Of a stretch of DNA of 64,000 nucleotides, positions 57,370 through 64,000 are shown in pieces. The stretch lies in the IMG/VR virus record IMGVR_UViG_3300037319_000172, positions 45,614 through 109,613 of that record. One strand, 5' to 3'. The number at the start of each line of letters is the position of its first letter. The first letter of the stretch is position 1. The DNA comes from a virus. Both the position numbers and the translations under genes were made by a program. The notes beneath the pieces were generated by a model, which saw only the letters and a program-made list of their open reading frames with translations, was not told the DNA's origin and searched no databases.

Positions 57370-58587
57370 TTATTGTTTATTTAATGATTTTGTTAAGCCA
57401 TCTTTAAAAGCCTTTATACCTATTCTACCAGATTCTATTCTATCAAAAATAGAATTAGAATAATTAGCTAATACATAAGTACTTGTTCCTCCTCCTTCGT
57501 CCGTAACTACATCGAAATCAAATTCTACAACTTCTTTGTTACTTAACGTTACTTTTGATTTATAACCTATAGTCCATTTTCTACCATTATTCATAGCGTC
57601 TTTACCTTGATATGTTATTGCATAACCGTTATGTGGTTGGTAGTTGATATCAAGTCCTAAATCTAATATTACTTTAGAAATTGGTCCTGCAAATGAATCT
57701 TGTAACTTTTTACCAGCCATTTTAGTTATTTTATCTAAATACTTTTGTGGAACTTCAGCATTATCATAAGTATTTTGTATTTCATCAGGAGTTGCTCCTA
57801 ATTCTAAAGCCTTTTGGCCTAAAGCTCTAAACATTGAACTAGATAATGGGTAACTAGTATCCATATCTGCTTGTTTTAGTTCAGAATTGCTTAGTTTTAA
57901 ACCTGCTACAAATCTAGCAGTAGCCTTTTCTTTGTTTTTGATAGATTTAGAAACTCTTTCACCATCATCTCCTTTTAAAACTAAAGAAATCATACGATCC
58001 CAGTCTTTTGCAGCGATCATAGCTTCATTAACTTGGTAGTTTTCATTTAAAAACTCCTCGTATAATTTTATTCTTTTCATAACCTTTGGATTATCTATAT
58101 TTTCTTTATATATCTTAGTAACTTGTTCGATAGATCTTATAAACTCATCTTCAGGTACTCTATGTCCTCCTTCGTATTCAGTATATGTAAAACTACCAAT
58201 TGCATGCTTTTTAAAGTAATTTCTTACTGCCTTTCCACTAACAACGTTATCACTTTTACCTAAATACACGTTATGTTTTGACTTTTTCATTCCAGATTCA
58301 TCTACAACTGGATCAAATGATCTATCTTCAACCGCAGGATTGAATAGAATAGTCTCTATCCCTAGTTTAGAACCTATAAGATATGAAACATATCCTCCCA
58401 TTGATGATCCTATAATTAAATCAGGCTTAAGGCGTTTAATATCACTAAACAGTTTATCAAATGTCTTTTCATCCCTATAATTTATAGATGGGGCATAAAC
58501 TTCTTTAAAGTTTGCCCTCATAAATATTATCTTTGGGTCTTTTTCATTAATACTAGACTCTAGGCCGTGCAAGTATGCTATTTTCAT
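57370..58587 (-). CDS. YqiA/YcfP-like alpha/beta hydrolase fused in-frame to a putative internal head protein
   Basis: YLHGLES, GSSMGG, NPA, D.V, GGH; internal MKRIKLYEEFLNE at 58080. Confidence 0.75.
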   Translation of the reverse strand: MKIAYLHGLESSINEKDPKIIFMRANFKEVYAPSINYRDEKTFDKLFSDIKRLKPDLIIGSSMGGYVSYLIGSKLGIETILFNPAVEDRSFDPVVDESGMKKSKHNVYLGKSDNVVSGKAVRNYFKKHAIGSFTYTEYEGGHRVPEDEFIRSIEQVTKIYKENIDNPKVMKRIKLYEEFLNENYQVNEAMIAAKDWDRMISLVLKGDDGERVSKSIKNKEKATARFVAGLKLSNSELKQADMDTSYPLSSSMFRALGQKALELGATPDEIQNTYDNAEVPQKYLDKITKMAGKKLQDSFAGPISKVILDLGLDINYQPHNGYAITYQGKDAMNNGRKWTIGYKSKVTLSNKEVVEFDFDVVTDEGGGTSTYVLANYSNSIFDRIESGRIGIKAFKDGLTKSLNKQ

Positions 58588-58658
58588 GTTTATGTATTTC
58601 TTGTATTTATAAATATAATCAAAAAAGTTGACATAAAAAAATATATGCCTACTTATTA

Positions 58659-59249
58659 TTATACTTTAGGTCGACCTATTAATATTTTATCATGCATCGA
58701 TCCTCCTAGTTTTCTAGAATACCAACCATTACCTGGATTACCGTCTTTGTCTCCGATCCATTCTACCTTTTTACCTATAACCTTTTCAACAGTAGCTTCA
58801 TCTGATACAACAGGAACACCATACTTGTCTATTAATATCTGTGCGATCTTACCTGAAACTTCAATATAGAATCCTAGTTTATTAAGGTCTTTACCTCTTG
58901 CTGTAATGTATGCTCTTTTAGCCTGACTTGTTCCATCATGTCCTATTCCAGAATATTTAACACCAAATTTAGTTTTCTTACCAAACATTATCATGTCAAA
59001 ATTATTGTCTCCGTGTATATCTAATCCTTCCCAGTAGTTCCAATCAGGATCTGTGAATACATCTTCAGGTGATTTGATTTTTGCATGTCCTCCTATTTCA
59101 GCGTAAGCTGTCGAGATTAAATCATAGAATTCACCAGATAATTCAGGATGCTTCTTATGATTAAACTTCATAACTTTACCTCTTTTAGGATTAAATACTT
59201 CTCCACTTCCTTCGTTTAGAAACTCTTCATATAATTTAATTCTTTTCAT
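58659..59249 (-). CDS. Putative internal head protein
   Basis: MKRIKLYEEFLNEG leader. Confidence 0.6.
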   Translation of the reverse strand: MKRIKLYEEFLNEGSGEVFNPKRGKVMKFNHKKHPELSGEFYDLISTAYAEIGGHAKIKSPEDVFTDPDWNYWEGLDIHGDNNFDMIMFGKKTKFGVKYSGIGHDGTSQAKRAYITARGKDLNKLGFYIEVSGKIAQILIDKYGVPVVSDEATVEKVIGKKVEWIGDKDGNPGNGWYSRKLGGSMHDKILIGRPKV

Positions 59250-59253
59250 TATA

Positions 59254-59604
59254 TTATTCCTTTAAGTTTATTACCTTAGCGATATCTTCCCAAGTCTCTT
59301 TTCCTTTTAGCTTTAAAACTGTTTTATCTCCTACTACAAAATCTCTACCATCAACATAGGCATCATAGCCTAAAGGTTCTAAAATATCTCCAACCATCAT
59401 TGATTTATTGTTACTAGCAAATCCTCTTGGTAATTTAGAACCGTACGCTGATTTTATATCATCTCTATCAAAAGCTGACATCCAGATTTCTTCTTTGAAT
59501 TCACTTTTATTTTTTATCAAGTAATTTACTGTTATCTGCGCAAGTCCTGGATCTAGCGCTCTAGCCTCGTTTACAAATTCTTCGTATAATTTAATTCTTT
59601 TCAT
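59254..59604 (-). CDS. Putative internal head protein
   Basis: MKRIKLYEEFVNEA leader. Confidence 0.6.
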   Translation of the reverse strand: MKRIKLYEEFVNEARALDPGLAQITVNYLIKNKSEFKEEIWMSAFDRDDIKSAYGSKLPRGFASNNKSMMVGDILEPLGYDAYVDGRDFVVGDKTVLKLKGKETWEDIAKVINLKE

Positions 59605-59608
59605 AATA

Positions 59609-59806
59609 TTATTTTATTTTTAATAGAACTTCTATGAGCTCCGCATATGAGTTATATATCGAGATAAATCTCAGTGAAAGTATCTCATTACTTTTAATCT
59701 TTTTAACTATATCTTTTATAGTATCATGAGACACTCTACCTGTATCTACGTATTTTATCCATTCTTCTTCAGACATTATATAGGTTTTGTTGAATTTGTT
59801 TTCCAA
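59609..59806 (-). CDS. Small hypothetical protein
   Basis: 65 aa (start may be the internal Met). Confidence 0.5.
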   Translation of the reverse strand: MENKFNKTYIMSEEEWIKYVDTGRVSHDTIKDIVKKIKSNEILSLRFISIYNSYAELIEVLLKIK

Positions 59807-60945
59807 TCATATTCTTGTTTTACAAAAATACCATCCATTAGATTAGATGTTAATCTTTTATATGTTTCAATAAGTTCTGGGTTGTTTACAGTGTATCTCT
59901 TGATTTGTTCTCTCATAACATTAATACAATCAATATTATGATCTGTGATAGCTCGCTTAATCTGGTTAACTCCTCCTGTGACATCCTGTCCTTTATAGTA
60001 GTAACCAATATCTTTACATAAATCTGCGTTATGAACTAGTGGATATCCTACCCAAGCTACATCAAAATATAAATAATTTAAGTTATTATTCATCTGCCAG
60101 CTAAGCACGATGTCTGTTGATTTTAAAACCTCAAGTGTTGGCTTTCTAGGAAGAGCTTTGAATTTTTTTAATAAGTCAATGTTACCTTTTTGTAACAGTT
60201 GTATTAAATCTTTATTTGTTGAAAGCTTTTCAGTAGACCATGAATGTATTCCATCTATTTTAATTCCATCATCAAGAGCTCTAGAACATATCACTGTAGG
60301 AATTATAGTGTTTTTCATCAAACTCATATTAGGTTCCATGATAGCTATATTTAGTGCATTGTGTTTTTCCCAATTAGGAAACTTAGAATTATTCTGGTAT
60401 GATTCAACTAACAAAGGATCCCATATAAAAGGAACTACAGTTACGTTTCTATTACTATTGTTTAAAAATCCAAAAAAGTCATGATTAGTTTCTTCATGTT
60501 GCGGTACATACCATATTGCGTCTGCTGTTTGAGTTTTCTGTATTTTAGTGTCTTTGTGTTTTCTTTTATCGTGTGCTCCGTATATTATTGTCTCGGACAT
60601 TGTGATAAACTCATTACCACATTTATAGCTAATTAGTTTTATGCTAGGTTTATTTTTCTTTAAATGATTAAAGATTCTAGGTGTAATCGCAATACCTAAT
60701 GATACGACAATATCCCATTCCATTGATAGACTTTCTTTAAATCCTATAATTTTAAGGTTTTCTATTCCTAGTGTCTTAAATTCTTTACTTGCTCTACCAT
60801 CTACAAGAGAATCATCTGTTGATATCAAATAAGGATCCCATCCCATCTTTTTATATACCATTGATAGATACATTCCATTTTGATTTATTCCGCTACTAAA
60901 CAAACTAGTAGCAAGATCTACAGTTATTCCTATTCTTTTTATCAT
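59776..60945 (-). CDS. DUF2827-like putative glycosyltransferase (paralog of 35452-36648)
   Basis: F.SGINQN, CGNE, VPFIWDP, MEPN.S..K, S.Q..N.LNYLY.D....YPLVHN. Confidence 0.7.
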   Translation of the reverse strand: MIKRIGITVDLATSLFSSGINQNGMYLSMVYKKMGWDPYLISTDDSLVDGRASKEFKTLGIENLKIIGFKESLSMEWDIVVSLGIAITPRIFNHLKKNKPSIKLISYKCGNEFITMSETIIYGAHDKRKHKDTKIQKTQTADAIWYVPQHEETNHDFFGFLNNSNRNVTVVPFIWDPLLVESYQNNSKFPNWEKHNALNIAIMEPNMSLMKNTIIPTVICSRALDDGIKIDGIHSWSTEKLSTNKDLIQLLQKGNIDLLKKFKALPRKPTLEVLKSTDIVLSWQMNNNLNYLYFDVAWVGYPLVHNADLCKDIGYYYKGQDVTGGVNQIKRAITDHNIDCINVMREQIKRYTVNNPELIETYKRLTSNLMDGIFVKQEYDWKTNSTKPI

Positions 60946-61496
60946 TTCTTAGCTAAATGTGTTTTGATCTTAACATCTTTAAGTTCTCTATCAAGTTCCT
61001 TAATAAGTTTGATGTTATGTTTATCATCATCGAAGAATGTAATGTCAGTATATCCGCTCTCTACAAAGAACCTCATGGCATCTTTCTTTCTTTCCTGTAT
61101 GTTACCGGTTAATCCATGAATAGGATCGTTGACAGCCCATATGAAATCTCTTTTGATATGAAAACCAACATGGTATCTTAACCACTCGTATATCATATTC
61201 TGATTGTCACGTGCAGTTATAACACCAATAGCTACTCCTTTTTTGTAATTCTTTTTAAGAATATTAAAGTATCTATCAATCATCTTACCTGCTTTCATAA
61301 TCTCTAAAGATTGAAATTGTGAAAAATCTAAAATATGAGTTGAGTTTTTTTCGTAGTTGTTAAATTCTTCAGGAGTAAGTTCATATCTTTCTCCTTTCTT
61401 TTTATCATAAACTATAATCTTCGCACTTGAAACAACAATAGTATCGTCCAAGTCGAATATTAGAATTTTGTCAGAAGTCATCTTCTCATTAAGCAT
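60942..61496 (-). CDS. HAD-superfamily phosphatase
   Basis: FDLDDT, ITAR, K, FFDDD. Confidence 0.8.
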   Translation of the reverse strand: MLNEKMTSDKILIFDLDDTIVVSSAKIIVYDKKKGERYELTPEEFNNYEKNSTHILDFSQFQSLEIMKAGKMIDRYFNILKKNYKKGVAIGVITARDNQNMIYEWLRYHVGFHIKRDFIWAVNDPIHGLTGNIQERKKDAMRFFVESGYTDITFFDDDKHNIKLIKELDRELKDVKIKTHLAKK

Positions 61497-61694
61497 ACAC
61501 TATATATTAACGATTAATCCTGTTAATTACAACAGAAACTAAGTATGACACCAGGAAAGATGTTGGATTAATAGATAATCTACCTATAGGTTCCTTATAT
61601 TCCTGGCTTCTTCTAAATGATATTTGATTAAATGTACTCACTTTAATAATTACTTTATATTTATTATACAGTAAAGTATGCAAATGTTTCTAAA

Positions 61695-63119
61695 TTAAGG
61701 CCTGTTATCTCTTTCATTTACTCCTTCGCTAGATCCAGTACCTGATCCTGAACTTCCTCCTCCTGATTGAGGAGACTCGCTCGGTCCACTTCCTGATCCA
61801 CTTCCTGAAGTACTACTTCCACTTCCTGGAGGATTCCTTGGTCCATCATTAAAATCGTCACCACTATCAACTCCACCTCTACAATCTTTAAGTTGTGAAT
61901 TGCTTACATATCCATTAGTGTCTACTTTAATAATACTATACCAGTCTGATACATTATTACTGCTACTTATACCATAATACCTTGCACTTCCATTGAATCT
62001 TGTATTTCCTGTTGATGTCGTGTATAAGTAACGTCCGTTTTGATTTCCAACAGAATCTCCGACACTATATACTGCCGTTTGAGTTCTGTATACTCCTCCA
62101 TCACAGAAGTCAATTGTATTATTTTTACCTGTTGTTACGTAAAATCTATTTCTAACAACCGGTGACGCACTAGTCCTTAAACCACCTGATGTTTCACATC
62201 CGTTCACATCCGTTACAAAATAACTATAATTTGTACTTTCATTTAATCCTGTAATAGTATGATTACCTTCAGGCCTTCCTGTTAATGTTTTTACAGTAAA
62301 AGATGCTTTTTTAACGATAATAGTATAACTATTTCCTGTTCCTCCGTTTATAGCTAATATAAAGCTGTTAGCTGTCACACTACTCTTAATAGCATTTACT
62401 GCTGATGAAGGTTCTGTCACAGATCTAGATCCATATCCTACAAAGCCTTCAGCGTCTGTTACTGTTAATTCGAAAAAACCAGCGGTTACTTGTGAAAAGT
62501 AAATACCATCAACGTTACTAAGAACAGTTCCGTCTTTTTTCCATACATTAGATGATGGCCTTGTTTCTCCGTATACTGTGTGACCAAGTGATGTCGTTCC
62601 TCCTTTACAATCAATAGTAGAAGAATATAAATTAACTACAACTTGCCTATCTGATTCATCTGTATTAGGATCACCATCTGTCGTTCCGGTTCCACACTGT
62701 GCGCCATATGCTGCAACTACAGTCCCAGAGTATGTTATTGAATCGATACGTACACACATTGGTCCTGTATCCGTATCTGGTGCTAACGTTATATTAAATC
62801 CAGGCCCATCACATGGTAGTCCTTTAACAGTTCCTCCGTTTGAACCTCCTTCAAAAATAACACTATCGCACTCGTATTCTGTTGTACTATTTCCTATGTT
62901 ACATGCTCCTAAAACCTCAACAGATACTTGAGATGACTTCGATAAACTGCCACTTTGTACACATCTACTTCTTGTGTTACTTTGATAAGCAAGTACAGTC
63001 TCGTTAAAAGGAGTACCATCACACTCTAGTCCTTGTATCGTTCCGTTGCTACTGCCTCCGTTCCATCTTACTTCGGAACAAATTACTTTATCTTCAAAAT
63101 CTGAAAAGGTATTTAACAT
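61695..63119 (-). CDS. Cys-rich virion/adhesin protein with SprB-like and FN3-like repeats
   Basis: C.GG...G.FELTVTDAEG; INGGTG.SY; ITGL...T.YSYFVTDVNGC; G/S-rich tail. Confidence 0.6.
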   Translation of the reverse strand: MLNTFSDFEDKVICSEVRWNGGSSNGTIQGLECDGTPFNETVLAYQSNTRSRCVQSGSLSKSSQVSVEVLGACNIGNSTTEYECDSVIFEGGSNGGTVKGLPCDGPGFNITLAPDTDTGPMCVRIDSITYSGTVVAAYGAQCGTGTTDGDPNTDESDRQVVVNLYSSTIDCKGGTTSLGHTVYGETRPSSNVWKKDGTVLSNVDGIYFSQVTAGFFELTVTDAEGFVGYGSRSVTEPSSAVNAIKSSVTANSFILAINGGTGNSYTIIVKKASFTVKTLTGRPEGNHTITGLNESTNYSYFVTDVNGCETSGGLRTSASPVVRNRFYVTTGKNNTIDFCDGGVYRTQTAVYSVGDSVGNQNGRYLYTTSTGNTRFNGSARYYGISSSNNVSDWYSIIKVDTNGYVSNSQLKDCRGGVDSGDDFNDGPRNPPGSGSSTSGSGSGSGPSESPQSGGGSSGSGTGSSEGVNERDNRP

Positions 63120-63140
63120 TAATTATATTTCTTTTTTAAA

Positions 63141-64000
63141 TTACATTTGATTACTACAACTGTCATGTATTAACGTAAGAGTAACACTGTATCCACTAGC
63201 ACCCGTAAGAGTACCGCTTTTATATCTTATACCATATATATTCTCTTCATTAATTCCAACATTACCTATGTTTGCAGAATATATCATAGTATTTGCAGCA
63301 TGTGTGTATGTGTGTATCACTGTAGTATTTCCATTTTTAGCTCTAGTATAGACTTCTATTACGACAGCACTTGTACTTCTATTGGCACCATATGTTGCGT
63401 ATATTCTAGTTACATTATATTTATCAAAATCAGCCCCGTTAGGAATTATAACATAAGCATTTGATAGTTTTGATGCTAAAACGTTAGAGCCATAAGCTAC
63501 TGGGTTAAGTGTAATATAATCGTAGCATGTCCCTGTTCCAGTAGATCCTTTTATTCCTTTATCACCTTGAGCTCCTTTATCTCCTTTACCGCCTTTTAAT
63601 CCTTGATGTCCTTGGGCTCCTTTTTCACCTTGAGCTCCTACTTTTCCTTGAGCTCCTATTTCTCCTTTTAATCCTTGAGCTCCTTTTTTACCTTGATCTC
63701 CTATTTTACCTTGATGTCCTTGATCTCCTATTTCACCTTGATGTCCTTGAGCTCCTTTTTCACCTTGATCTCCTTGGGCTCCTATTTTACCTTGATGCCC
63801 TTGAGCTCCTTTTAATCCTTGATGTCCTATTTCACCTTGATGTCCTTGAGCTCCTTTTTCACCTTGATCTCCTTGATCTCCTATTTTACCTTGATGTCCT
63901 TGATCTCCTATTTTACCTTGATCTCCTATTTTACCTTGATGTCCTTGATCTCCTACTTTTCCTTGATCTCCTTGAGCTCCTTTTAATCCTTGAGCTCCTT
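63141..64000 (-). CDS. Collagen-like fibre protein, partial (5' end outside window)
   Basis: GAQ/GDQ/GHQ/GKI triplets, then ~130-aa globular C-terminus; TAA at 63141-63143. Confidence 0.85.
   Translation of the reverse strand, partial: GAQGLKGAQGDQGKVGDQGHQGKIGDQGKIGDQGHQGKIGDQGDQGEKGAQGHQGEIGHQGLKGAQGHQGKIGAQGDQGEKGAQGHQGEIGDQGHQGKIGDQGKKGAQGLKGEIGAQGKVGAQGEKGAQGHQGLKGGKGDKGAQGDKGIKGSTGTGTCYDYITLNPVAYGSNVLASKLSNAYVIIPNGADFDKYNVTRIYATYGANRSTSAVVIEVYTRAKNGNTTVIHTYTHAANTMIYSANIGNVGINEENIYGIRYKSGTLTGASGYSVTLTLIHDSCSNQM

Noticed and set aside
1-64000. Stop-codon reassignment; tRNA or rRNA genes
   Set aside because: Known genes are full-length in the standard code and TAG ends several of them; no tRNA or rRNA was recognised by eye (tRNAscan not run)

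Overview
AT-rich segment of a large T4-like (contractile-tailed, probably jumbo) phage. The host is very likely a Bacteroidota/Flavobacteriia bacterium, based on a Bacteroidota-type bS21, SD-less A-rich leaders, TAnnTTT-type promoters and SprB-like repeats. Layout: baseplate genes (1-6.5 kb); small genes, many starting with a T4-like capsid-targeting peptide (9.6-13.8 and 56.7-59.6 kb); repair/metabolism/proteostasis genes (uvsE, rnhB, phoH, rpsU, dnaJ, exonuclease); a collagen-fibre locus (20.7-39.5 kb) with two 2OG-Fe(II) oxygenases, GT2 and DUF2827-like glycosyltransferases, three ~750-800-residue collagens (one ending in a Hint domain) and a J-protein; a clpP / UVR-protein / dCMP-type thymidylate-synthase-fold / N-domain-less clpC block; and an early-gene region (47.2-55.7 kb) with long non-coding tracts at 46.0-47.2 and 52.2-52.9 kb. 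Three promoter classes can be read from the sequence, plus a Fur/PerR-like palindrome at a fixed, helically phased distance from six early promoters. Best candidates for undescribed systems: (1) a collagen hydroxylation/glycosylation/autoprocessing locus, (2) a ClpCP protease with four small M-domain (UVR) mimic proteins, (3) Fur/PerR-like control of early genes. All assignments come from motif recognition by eye; no searches were run.
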